Positions 9,001 to 17,575 of a stretch of 64,000 bases of DNA are shown one piece after another. Below the pieces are notes generated by a model. That model did no database searches and was not told where the DNA came from. It saw only the letters and a program-made list of their open reading frames with translations. Made by a program: the position numbers and the translations under genes. Every line of letters starts with the position of its first letter. Position 1 is the stretch's first letter. The DNA comes from Candidatus Omnitrophota bacterium (lineage in GTDB: Bacteria; Omnitrophota; Gorgyraeia; B26-G9): contig JAZDHG010000009.1 in NCBI GenBank assembly GCA_043806135.1, positions 430 through 64,429 of the forward strand, given 5' to 3'.

Positions 9001-9260
9001 TGTAAATATATCTTCTTGATAGTACAGTAAATTTAAAAGTAACTGCAAAAGATGAGAAGGTATTAGGCCTGCCATTTAAATCGTTTTCTTTTATAAACTC
9101 TTTATAAGGAAATAATTTTCAGAGAATGAGAAAAAAATTTCCTGCATTTAAAAGGTCAAGGAATTTATCCACAATTAGTGCTTAATGTATTAAACATGTA
9201 ACTTATTAGATCGCAGTAAATTGTGCGTATTTTTAGCTTGAATTTAATTTAAATAATATT

Positions 9261-9276
9261 TGGCACGCCTGTTGCT
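9261..9276 (+). promoter_or_regulatory. Sigma54 (-24/-12) promoter TGGCAC-N5-TTGC
   Basis: TGGCACgcctgTTGCt at 9261-9276, about 60 nt upstream of the pilin start; fits the adjacent PilR-like enhancer-binding protein. Confidence 0.8.
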
Positions 9277-9337
9277 CTTTATAACATGGGCTTTAACTAT
9301 TTGTTAACCGTTTTTGAAATTAGAAGGAGGTGTTATT

Positions 9338-9823
9338 ATGAATCGTAAAGGTTTTACTCTTGTTGAAATCATGATTGTTGTAGCGATTATCGCATTACTC
9401 GCAGCTATTGCTATACCTAACCTTTTACGTGCCAGACTTAACGCAAATGAAGCAGCAGCTCAGTCAACATTAAAAACTGTTTCTACAGCTTGTGAAAGCT
9501 ATAGAGCAGCGCAAACCCTGCCATCATATGATCCGTCGGCAACTGGAGCCAATATGACCGGCGCTACTCCGCCTTACCTGGATGTGGGGATTTTCGCGGC
9601 AGCTGGAAGACAAGGATATCTATTTGTATATTCACCACAGGCTGCTGTAGGAGGTATTATACAGCAATATGTTGCTTCTGCTGAACCGGTAACTGACAAT
9701 GTTACTGGTGCCAGAGTATTTGCTATTAATGAAACAGGTGTTTTAAGAGCAGCGGTAGTAGGAACGGCGGCTCCAACGACAACAGCAGCTTATCAAGCGG
9801 CAGCTTTTGTTGTTGTTCAGTAA
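9338..9823 (+). CDS. pilA: Type IVa major pilin PilA (MNRKG|FTLVEIMIVVAIIALLAAIAIPNLL)
   Basis: Canonical class III signal peptide and N-methyl-Phe/Glu5 motif. AGGAGG SD 8 nt upstream of the ATG at 9338. Confidence 0.9.
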   Translation: MNRKGFTLVEIMIVVAIIALLAAIAIPNLLRARLNANEAAAQSTLKTVSTACESYRAAQTLPSYDPSATGANMTGATPPYLDVGIFAAAGRQGYLFVYSPQAAVGGIIQQYVASAEPVTDNVTGARVFAINETGVLRAAVVGTAAPTTTAAYQAAAFVVVQ

Positions 9824-9856
9824 TCTGACGCCTTGTCTTTTGAGAGAATTAAAAAA

Positions 9857-9889
9857 GGAAGCGGTAAAAAATCCCGCTTCCTTTTTTTA
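9857..9889 (+). terminator. Rho-independent terminator after pilA1
   Basis: GGAAGCGG-taaaaaatc-CCGCTTCC followed by TTTTTTT. Confidence 0.7.
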
Positions 9890-9971
9890 TTGCTAAACTG
9901 AATTTTTTGATATATTATAACTATAGAAAATTTTAAGCTTTTAACCTGATCAGAAAATTGCCTGTTTGGAT

Positions 9972-10469
9972 ATGCGGAAATTTAAAAATAAGTTTGCTTA
10001 TAAATTTATAAGGGCATTCACTTTGGTTGAAATACTGATCGTGGTTACGATCATTGCTATGCTTGCGGCATTAGCTATTCCTAATCTATTGTACAGCCGA
10101 ATGCTTTCTAATGAGGCTATTGCCCAAGGGACTTTAAAAACAATTGCAAGCTCTTGTGAATCCTTTCGCACGACAGATATGACGCGTAGTTTTCCGGTAG
10201 CAATGTCTGACTTAACGACGGCTGTACCGCCTTATTTTGCCGATGCTGTTGATACCGCTACAACGGGTGCCCCTAAGAGCGGTTATTTTTTTGAATATAT
10301 ACTCATTGGTGCGCAGCAATTTGTCTGTTCGGCCAGGCCTGCTACATATCGCGCAACTGGTATCAGGACTTTTGCTGTAAACGAAACAGGGCTGCTCCGG
10401 GCAATTGATAATAACGGAGTACTCATAAATACAGAGGCATTGTATGAAGCAATGACTCCTGCTCAATAA
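9972..10469 (+). CDS. Second type IV pilin paralog (leader MRKFKNKFAYKFIRA|FTLVEILIVVTIIAMLAALAIPNLL)
   Basis: Pilin N-terminal helix nearly identical to pilA1 but with a longer leader and Ala at position -1; the C-terminal domain diverges. Confidence 0.75.
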   Translation: MRKFKNKFAYKFIRAFTLVEILIVVTIIAMLAALAIPNLLYSRMLSNEAIAQGTLKTIASSCESFRTTDMTRSFPVAMSDLTTAVPPYFADAVDTATTGAPKSGYFFEYILIGAQQFVCSARPATYRATGIRTFAVNETGLLRAIDNNGVLINTEALYEAMTPAQ

Positions 10470-10477
10470 TTGATAAT

Positions 10478-10972
10478 ATGCTGCGAATGATGCTAAGAAA
10501 TAAAAACGGCTGGACCATTATACAGACAATGATTTTGGCCGCAGTGATCGCCCTTTTTCTGGTATTTTCCTTTTCCGGAATTTTATCCTTGCGCAAATCG
10601 CTCAATGAATCCCGGGTGAAAAATATCTTAAAAAGTTTAGCCGCAAAGCTGCTGACGCACAAATTAGAGAGCAGCCGGGATTCTTACCCTGATGATCTGA
10701 GCTTTATAGAAAATAGTGTTTTTAAGAATGTTTTTAAAAAGCCGTTGATTTCCGGAGAGCTAAGCTTTGAATATTCAGGCTACTGGTTTATTTATGCCCC
10801 TGGAAGCAAGGATGCGCTGGGAAATATAAGCAGATATACTTTTTTCTCTAAGCCTGTTCAATATAATGTGTTTGGATTTAATTCTTTTGTGATGAATGAA
10901 GGAGCGACTGTATACATAGACAAGGGTAAGTATCCAGCAGTTGTTGATAAATTTGACTGCCCAGTTATGTGA
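10478..10972 (+). CDS. Pilin-associated small membrane protein (degenerate pilin-like N-terminus KNGWTIIQTMILAAVIALFLV)
   Basis: Hydrophobic N-terminal helix preceded by a Gly, with Gln in place of the usual Glu5; it lies directly downstream of the pilins. Confidence 0.35.
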   Translation: MLRMMLRNKNGWTIIQTMILAAVIALFLVFSFSGILSLRKSLNESRVKNILKSLAAKLLTHKLESSRDSYPDDLSFIENSVFKNVFKKPLISGELSFEYSGYWFIYAPGSKDALGNISRYTFFSKPVQYNVFGFNSFVMNEGATVYIDKGKYPAVVDKFDCPVM

Positions 10973-11055
10973 CTTTTGAATAATTTGATTTTTCTTTAAT
11001 TTGGCGTGAAAATATCAGCAGGACATAAATTATATTAAAAAAAGTATAATTTTAT

Positions 11056-11084
11056 TGACATGATAATGGGAAAAGTGTTAATAT
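11056..11084 (+). promoter_or_regulatory. Sigma70-like promoter upstream of the GGDEF gene
   Basis: TTGACA-N17-TTAATA in an AT-rich spacer. Confidence 0.35.
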
Positions 11085-11350
11085 ATTCACAAGGTTTAAA
11101 GTTGTAAATCTATTAGTTTTAAGGAAAAGGAGTTTAGAAAATGACATGGAAGTGCTTTTCTAACCAAACAGGCAAATATTTAAATTTGCTCTACACAGAA
11201 GAAACCGTTCAAAAATCAGCCCAGCAGCAATATTCTGAGAACTATTTAACTTCATTTAGAAATAAAATTCGTTATTCTATGCAAAAAAGTAAAAACTCTG
11301 ATATTTTAGTTTTTTGGGGAGGAGGTAGCAGAGGTAAACGAGCATAAAAT

Positions 11351-12628
11351 ATGAATAAGCTGCTAATCTTACTGCCTTTGTTGGGAATTATTTTTTTAAT
11401 TATTTTTTGGATTATAAATCCATTGATCGGGCCAAGTTTATCCGTGATTACGATTCCTTTTATGGCGCTTACCCTGGCTGCGATCAGGGAGAGAAAAAAG
11501 GGGGAAAAGGAGTTAGATGAGGCAGTAAAAATGTTTCAGGCAGAAAAAGAGGAAATTAAAAAGGAAATACAGAGAAAAGAAAAAAATCATGTAGAGCAGT
11601 ACATGGCTTTGCAGACTTTTAGCCGGGATCTTTCTACGTCGCTGAACAAAGATCAGCTGTTGAGAGTTATCGTAAGTACTTTTTCTAAGCTGACTCGTTC
11701 GGCTTCGGGAGAAAGCCAGTGTTTTTTGTTAAGCCACGATGACATAACGCAGGAGTTCAAATACGAAGTCGGTGATAATTTTGATTCCAACACATTAAAA
11801 ACAACTAGTTTCAACGCGGAAGATGATCTTATAAAGACAATAACGAAAACCAAGAAGATACAGACCTTTATAAGTGATATTTTCGGCGGCGATTCTAATA
11901 TCAGGTATTTTTTAAAAGAAGAACGGATCACGTATCTTTCTCAACTGGGATCGCTTGCTTTAATCCCTTTGATTTTAGAAAATGAGGTATGGGGGATAAT
12001 TGTTGTTTTCTGCCATGAAGGCGCAGCAGCCAGAATCAATAACGAGGAATTGTTTTATCTGCTGCTTGTTGCGCAGGCCTCAATCGCTCTGGGAAGCGCT
12101 ATACACCGCGGACTGGCTTCGGTCGACAGGTTGACACAGCTATATAATAGAACCTTTCTGCATAAGCGTATGAACGAAGAAATTGAATTTTGCAACCGGC
12201 AGTTACTGCCCATGAGTATACTGATGATCGATATTGACCATTTTAAAGATATCAACGATACTTATGGTCACCAGGAAGGTGATATGGTTTTAAAAAAAAT
12301 CGCTCAGATCGTCAGCAATTGCGTACGCTTGACCGACCTTTGCGCTAGATACGGCGGGGAAGAGTTTGTAGTTGTTTTACCAGGTATCGCGGAAAACGAG
12401 CAGGATGGGTTCTCTATAGCAGAACGGCTGAGAGCTTCTGTAGAAAAAGCGGATTTTGTCATCCTGGGTCAAAAACATCTGAAGATTACGATAAGTGTCG
12501 GTGTAACTGTACGCAAATACCCCGAAGATAAAGAAACCGATATGGAAAAACTTATAATCCGTGCGGACAGATTGCTGTATAAAGCTAAAAATGAGGGAAG
12601 AAATTGCGTGCGGTATGACGCACAATAA
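11351..12628 (+). CDS. Diguanylate cyclase (TM + sensory domain + GGDEF)
   Basis: GGEEF active-site motif (RYGGEEFVVVLPG), DxFK(D)INDTYGH motif, N-terminal TM helices. Confidence 0.8.
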   Translation: MNKLLILLPLLGIIFLIIFWIINPLIGPSLSVITIPFMALTLAAIRERKKGEKELDEAVKMFQAEKEEIKKEIQRKEKNHVEQYMALQTFSRDLSTSLNKDQLLRVIVSTFSKLTRSASGESQCFLLSHDDITQEFKYEVGDNFDSNTLKTTSFNAEDDLIKTITKTKKIQTFISDIFGGDSNIRYFLKEERITYLSQLGSLALIPLILENEVWGIIVVFCHEGAAARINNEELFYLLLVAQASIALGSAIHRGLASVDRLTQLYNRTFLHKRMNEEIEFCNRQLLPMSILMIDIDHFKDINDTYGHQEGDMVLKKIAQIVSNCVRLTDLCARYGGEEFVVVLPGIAENEQDGFSIAERLRASVEKADFVILGQKHLKITISVGVTVRKYPEDKETDMEKLIIRADRLLYKAKNEGRNCVRYDAQ

Positions 12629-12639
12629 ATAGGTGGAAA

Positions 12640-14322
12640 ATGTTTCAAAAACAAAAAAACTCTATAGGGCTTGAAATTGGTGATGGATTGGTAAAAGCAA
12701 TGCATATTGTTTCAACCCATAAAGAAAATAAGCTTATTGGTTTTGACATGGTGAGTGTGAACTTCCGCGAAGGCCGCCAGGGTATCGTCAATGCCATGAA
12801 AGATGTTCTCGGCAAATTGGGCTTAAATAAAAATGACAAAATTAATATCTCTGTATCCGGAGAATCTGTTATGGTGCGTGATATACACTGGCCGCAGATG
12901 ACTGATGATGAGATCAGGAAGGCCTTGAAGTTTGAAGTTGAGCGCCAGGTTCATTATAAGACTGAGGAAATTGTTTTTGATTATTATTCTGTTTTGGATA
13001 AGTCTATAGCTGAGACAAAAACAAGGGTTATCCTTGTCGCGGCTAAAAAAGATCTTATTGAAAACTATTCCAGCCTGATAGAGTCTGCAGGTTATAAGTG
13101 CGGATTCGTGGAAGTGGATACCTTCAGCTTGCTGAACTGCTTCTATGTTAACGGTCCTGATGTTCCGCCTGAAAAAACAATAGCGATTATCAATATCGGG
13201 CTTGAAGTTACGAATATTGATATTATAAAAGGAAAGATCGTTGGACTTACTAAAGATGCTTTTGTGGCTTGGAGCAATCTTGTGGATGTTTTGCCGGAAG
13301 GCGTAGAGTTTGATTTTGATAATGTCACTGCGCTAAAAGGATTAATGGGCACGGACGATGTCTATGAGCTTAGTTTGTTTATTATGAATGCGCTTTCCAA
13401 TCAGGTGCGCAGAACAATAGAGTTTTACGAAAGTCAGGGACGCGATACTGTAGAAGAAATATATTTAAGCGGAAAACTGGCGATGTATAAAAACCTGGAT
13501 AAGTATCTGCAGAATATCTTGGGCTTAAAAGTAACTGTTTGGAATCCGCTAGCAAATGTGAGTTATAATGCAAAACTGTTTGAAGGAAAGCATCTAAAGG
13601 AAAAGGCCCCGATGCTTGCTTTGTGCAGCGGTTTGGCCTGCAGAAGGGCTTTTGATATTGATCTTACGACTTCCAGAAAAGCGGAGCAAAGGAACAAGTT
13701 TGTGAGTTTTCTTGGACAGCATAAGGCACTTGTATATACATTTGTAGTTGTAGCATGCTTTCTTGCCGGCTTATGGGTAATTCTTTTGAGCCAGATCAAG
13801 GTGAAGGAAAACCGCAAGCAGGCGTTACTGTTTGAGAATCAAAAATTAAACGAGGTCCTCAAAGATATAGAAAACCTGAAGCAGGGAAGATTGATTTTAG
13901 GCGAGCATGTGAATATTGCGAAGACTTTGCTTTCGCATAGATTGCTCTGGAGTAAAAAACTTTTTCAAATAAGTAAAAGTGTATCCAATGAGATGTGGCT
14001 TAAGGAAATATTAATTAAGGAATTAAGCCCATCAAGTGCACCTCGTGAAAGTACTGCTCAGATCGGTACGGCCGTGGAAACCTCCGGCGCGGCAGAAGCT
14101 GTGCCTGAAAGGCCTCAGCTGGTTTTGATTATAAATGGTGTTGTTTATTCAGAATCGAGCAAAAACCTGCTGGGTGAGGTTAATCAGTTTATCAGCAATT
14201 TGAACAATGACCAGGGATTTAAAGAGGATTTTATTAAGATAGAGCTAAAACGTTCTTTTCGTGATACAGTCGGCAGCACGCCGATAATGAATTTCAGGAT
14301 TGAATGTACTTTAAATAGGTAA
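12640..14322 (+). CDS. pilM: Type IV pilus assembly PilM-PilN fusion protein
   Basis: Actin-like ATPase PilM fold over the first ~340 aa (SIGLEIGDGLVKAM...), then a TM helix (ALVYTFVVVACFLAGLWVILL) and a coiled-coil/periplasmic PilN-like region. 560 aa total against ~350 for a stand-alone PilM. Confidence 0.7.
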   Translation: MFQKQKNSIGLEIGDGLVKAMHIVSTHKENKLIGFDMVSVNFREGRQGIVNAMKDVLGKLGLNKNDKINISVSGESVMVRDIHWPQMTDDEIRKALKFEVERQVHYKTEEIVFDYYSVLDKSIAETKTRVILVAAKKDLIENYSSLIESAGYKCGFVEVDTFSLLNCFYVNGPDVPPEKTIAIINIGLEVTNIDIIKGKIVGLTKDAFVAWSNLVDVLPEGVEFDFDNVTALKGLMGTDDVYELSLFIMNALSNQVRRTIEFYESQGRDTVEEIYLSGKLAMYKNLDKYLQNILGLKVTVWNPLANVSYNAKLFEGKHLKEKAPMLALCSGLACRRAFDIDLTTSRKAEQRNKFVSFLGQHKALVYTFVVVACFLAGLWVILLSQIKVKENRKQALLFENQKLNEVLKDIENLKQGRLILGEHVNIAKTLLSHRLLWSKKLFQISKSVSNEMWLKEILIKELSPSSAPRESTAQIGTAVETSGAAEAVPERPQLVLIINGVVYSESSKNLLGEVNQFISNLNNDQGFKEDFIKIELKRSFRDTVGSTPIMNFRIECTLNR

Positions 14323-14326
14323 TCTC

Positions 14327-14896
14327 ATGAAGAAAAAACTAAGTCAAAAAGATCAAATATTTATTTCCGGAAGTATCATAATCGGGATAATAGTGTTGCT
14401 CTGTTTTATGTTCATTTTTCAGCCGATGCTGAAAAAGATCATGGATTACACTAAAGAGGAAGAAAACATAAAGGCGCAATTGAGAAAGGCAAGTAATTTA
14501 GCAGCGGATAAGGAAAAGTTAGCTGCTGAAGTTAAGAATATTTCAAAAATGATATTTTTTTATGAAGAAAGACTGCCGAAGAAGACAGATATTCCGCAAG
14601 TCCTGGATGAACTGGTAAAGATTGGAGAAAAATCTGAAGTAACATTTATTTCTATCGAACCGCAGGAGATTAAAAGAGTACATGTCGGACAGTCGGGTCA
14701 AAAAAACTATATAAAGATCCCGATAGAGCTAATATTAAAAGCAGGCTATCACGAGTTTGCCTTATTTGTCAACGGAGTGGAAAATTTCCCCCAGTTCATG
14801 CGGGTGGATAATGTAAAAATAAATGGTGATGTCAGCAATACTAGAAAGCATGATATCAGTCTTACGGTCACTGCTTTTGCTTTAGAGGACAATTAA
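14327..14896 (+). CDS. pilO: Type IV pilus assembly protein PilO-like
   Basis: N-terminal TM helix, a coiled coil, then a periplasmic domain; positioned between pilMN and pilP/pilQ. Confidence 0.6.
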   Translation: MKKKLSQKDQIFISGSIIIGIIVLLCFMFIFQPMLKKIMDYTKEEENIKAQLRKASNLAADKEKLAAEVKNISKMIFFYEERLPKKTDIPQVLDELVKIGEKSEVTFISIEPQEIKRVHVGQSGQKNYIKIPIELILKAGYHEFALFVNGVENFPQFMRVDNVKINGDVSNTRKHDISLTVTAFALEDN

Positions 14897-14898
14897 AA

Positions 14899-15342
14899 AT
14901 GCGACGATTTGCAGGAAGAATTACAATTAATGCAATACTGGTTTTAATAATCAGCGTGTTTTGCACTATGCTGCTGGTGTTTGATTCGCAGGCCGAAGAA
15001 TTTATTGAGCATAAGGATAAATTCATTTACACGCGAGATGGCCGCAATGATCCTTTTCTGCCTTTGCTTAGCGCTAAAGGGCTGGTGCAGGAAACGGGTC
15101 CAAGCACAAAAGAAGATATGATGCAATATGTCAGTAAAATAAATGTAAGCGGGATCCTGTGGGATGAAACGATGCCTTTCGTAGTGATAAATAATAAAAT
15201 GCGAAAAGAGGGCGACGTCGTAGAGAACCTGACAATCAAAAAAATAAACGTTAACGGTATAATTTTAGGATATCTTGACCTGACACATGAAATTATATTG
15301 ATAAAAAAGAAGAAAATGAACGATCAAGGAGGGGTTCAATGA
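14899..15342 (+). CDS. pilP: PilP-like small periplasmic or lipoprotein pilus assembly protein
   Basis: Signal/TM N-terminus, ~147 aa, immediately upstream of the secretin with overlapping stop/start. Confidence 0.45.
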   Translation: MRRFAGRITINAILVLIISVFCTMLLVFDSQAEEFIEHKDKFIYTRDGRNDPFLPLLSAKGLVQETGPSTKEDMMQYVSKINVSGILWDETMPFVVINNKMRKEGDVVENLTIKKINVNGIILGYLDLTHEIILIKKKKMNDQGGVQ

Positions 15343-16973
15343 AAGCAATAAACGAGTTCTCAAGGAAGAGAATATTTCTGATGTTGTTTATCTATCCGAG
15401 TCTCTTTCTCAGCATCATAATGCCGGTTTCCCAGGTGAGTTTTGCGATTGAAAGCGAAATAGAAAATAGCTTGGATGAGGAAATTACCGAGGCTGTGGCC
15501 AAGAATAGTTACGGGCAAAAATTGCTTTCCATAACGCTTAAAGAAACTGACTTAAGAGAAGTACTGAATATACTTGCTTTTAAAGGCGGGGTGAATATTA
15601 TCGCGGGTGATGATGTCGATTCCAAGGTTAATGTGCAGCTTAAAGATGTTCCCTGGGAACAGGCCCTTGACGTAATATTAAAAACCTATAATTATACTTA
15701 TAAACGGGAAGATAATCTTATCCGGGTAATGAGTCTGGCCAGGGCATTGGATGAAGAGAGTAAACTGCCGCTTGAAACAAGGATTATACCGCTTAATTTT
15801 GCCAAGGTCATCGATCTTAAAGAATCCTTGGGTAAAATATTGAGTAAACGCGGAACTATTGAAGTTGACGCCCGCACAAATTCCCTGATCATTACGGATG
15901 TTCCTGAAACCGTGCAAAAAGTTGAGATCGCGGCGATGGAACTTGATACCCGAACGCCTCAGGTTTTGATAGAAGCCATGATGGTTGATGTTAAGATTAC
16001 GGATAATGAAGAATGGGGAAGTATAATAAGCCAGCTTACAAATCTTAAATCCCGTAATAATTCAAATATTCTGACAACCAATATGCCTGCTTCACAGAAA
16101 AATAGCATTTCTTTCAATGCGGTCACTGACAATTTTGATATCAGCGGTTTTATTGATATTCTGATCACTCAAAATAAGGCGTCTATCCTGGCAAGCCCCA
16201 AAGTCTTAACGCTTGATAACCAGGAAGCAAAGATCGAAATAATTTCGAAGATCCCTTATTCAGAATCTGTTGATACAGGGGGAGGCACGACTGTTAATAT
16301 AAAATTTGAAGAGGCGGGCGTAAAACTTTCTGTAACTCCGCATGTAACAAGCGGTAAATTTATTTCTATGAATGTAAAACCTGAGCAAAGTTTTAGTATC
16401 GGGGAGTTCGGCGGACGTCCGATCATAGATTCAAGAAAAGCGGAAACAAACCTGCTGGTTAGAGACGGACAGACTATTGTTATCGGCGGATTGCGCCAGT
16501 CCAATGACACCTATAGCTTTAACAAAATGCCGATTTTGGGAGATATTCCTTTCGTAGGAATGCTTTTTAAAAGTAAGGTTAAGAAAAAGGAAGAAACAGA
16601 ACTTGTCCTATTTGTCACTCCGCATATAATTGTGCAGTCTATGCTCACAGACAGGGATTTGGAACTTTATGAAAAACTCGGCAATAGCGAAAAGATTGTT
16701 ATTGACGAAAAAACTGAGATGCAAAAACTAAAGGACTTTATGGGAACGGCAAAGGATCGGTTAAAGGCTAAAGAGATTGCCGAGCAGGAAGTATCGATGC
16801 GTAAAATGGAATTAGAAAAAACTGGAATTAAGGAAGACCCCGGAGTGAACACTAAAAAAAGTTCTAAAACTCTGCTTGGACCAAAAGCCGAAGATGATCC
16901 TGAAAAACGGGATAATCTGGAAATTGAAGCAAAAAAATTCCGCGACTCCTTAAACATGATGCAGACCAATTAA
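15339..16973 (+). CDS. pilQ: Type IV pilus secretin PilQ
   Basis: Signal peptide; secretin N-domain (ITLKETDLREVLNILAFKGGVNII); C-terminal secretin motifs (ILASPKVLTLDNQEAKIEI, IVIGGL, IPFVGMLFK...TELVLFVTPHII). Confidence 0.9.
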   Translation: MKAINEFSRKRIFLMLFIYPSLFLSIIMPVSQVSFAIESEIENSLDEEITEAVAKNSYGQKLLSITLKETDLREVLNILAFKGGVNIIAGDDVDSKVNVQLKDVPWEQALDVILKTYNYTYKREDNLIRVMSLARALDEESKLPLETRIIPLNFAKVIDLKESLGKILSKRGTIEVDARTNSLIITDVPETVQKVEIAAMELDTRTPQVLIEAMMVDVKITDNEEWGSIISQLTNLKSRNNSNILTTNMPASQKNSISFNAVTDNFDISGFIDILITQNKASILASPKVLTLDNQEAKIEIISKIPYSESVDTGGGTTVNIKFEEAGVKLSVTPHVTSGKFISMNVKPEQSFSIGEFGGRPIIDSRKAETNLLVRDGQTIVIGGLRQSNDTYSFNKMPILGDIPFVGMLFKSKVKKKEETELVLFVTPHIIVQSMLTDRDLELYEKLGNSEKIVIDEKTEMQKLKDFMGTAKDRLKAKEIAEQEVSMRKMELEKTGIKEDPGVNTKKSSKTLLGPKAEDDPEKRDNLEIEAKKFRDSLNMMQTN

Positions 16974-17014
16974 AAGGCGTATTGGATATAGGCAAAATTA
17001 AATAATGGAAGGAC

Positions 17015-17042
17015 TTGACAATATATGATTTAAGGGTATAAT
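17015..17042 (+). promoter_or_regulatory. Consensus sigma70 promoter of the rimP-nusA-infB operon
   Basis: TTGACA (17015-17020), 16-nt spacer, TATAAT (17037-17042). Confidence 0.6.
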
Positions 17043-17074
17043 AAACACAACTGCTAGGGGAAACAAAAATGTAA

Positions 17075-17100
17075 AGTGGGAATTGCTTCCCGCTTTTTTT
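17075..17100 (+). terminator. Leader hairpin + U-tract between the promoter and rimP (attenuator-like)
   Basis: GTGGGAA-ttgc-TTCCCGC then TTTTTTT, lying inside the 5' leader. Confidence 0.45.
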
Positions 17101-17575
17101 GTGGAGAAAACAGGTGGATGTTCAAGGAAAGCTTAAAGAAATTATTAAGCAAATTGCAAACAGACAGGGATTATTGGTTATTGACACGAATATATTTAAG
17201 CATGGCGGCACACTTCAGATAAGAATACTGGTGGATAAAAATGGCGGTGTTTTGCTCGGTGATTGCGCAAAAGTTAATAGATCACTCAGTGAATATATAG
17301 AGGCACAGCAGATATTGGACGATGATTTTACAATCGAGGTTTCTTCACCTGGGTTAGACAGAAAATTCGTTAAAATTGATGATTTTATAAGATGTGTAGG
17401 CAGAAGGATTAATGTTACTACGAGACAATCAATAGAAAATGGCAGTGAGTTTTGCGGTAAATTATGCTCTGCCGCAGATGAAGAGATAAAGATTTTATTA
17501 GACAGTAACCAGGAATTAACAATAAATTTAAATAATATTGAAAAAGCTAAATTGGAAATTGGGTGGAAAAGATGA
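17099..17575 (+). CDS. rimP: Ribosome maturation factor RimP (start uncertain; alternative GTG at 17114)
   Basis: RimP-like sequence (EVSSPGLDRKFV...), ~155 aa, immediately upstream of nusA. Confidence 0.8.
   Translation: MWRKQVDVQGKLKEIIKQIANRQGLLVIDTNIFKHGGTLQIRILVDKNGGVLLGDCAKVNRSLSEYIEAQQILDDDFTIEVSSPGLDRKFVKIDDFIRCVGRRINVTTRQSIENGSEFCGKLCSAADEEIKILLDSNQELTINLNNIEKAKLEIGWKR

Noticed and set aside
11141-11347. 68-aa ORF upstream of the GGDEF gene
   Set aside because: No RBS, low complexity, and it sits in the promoter region of the GGDEF gene; probably non-coding.
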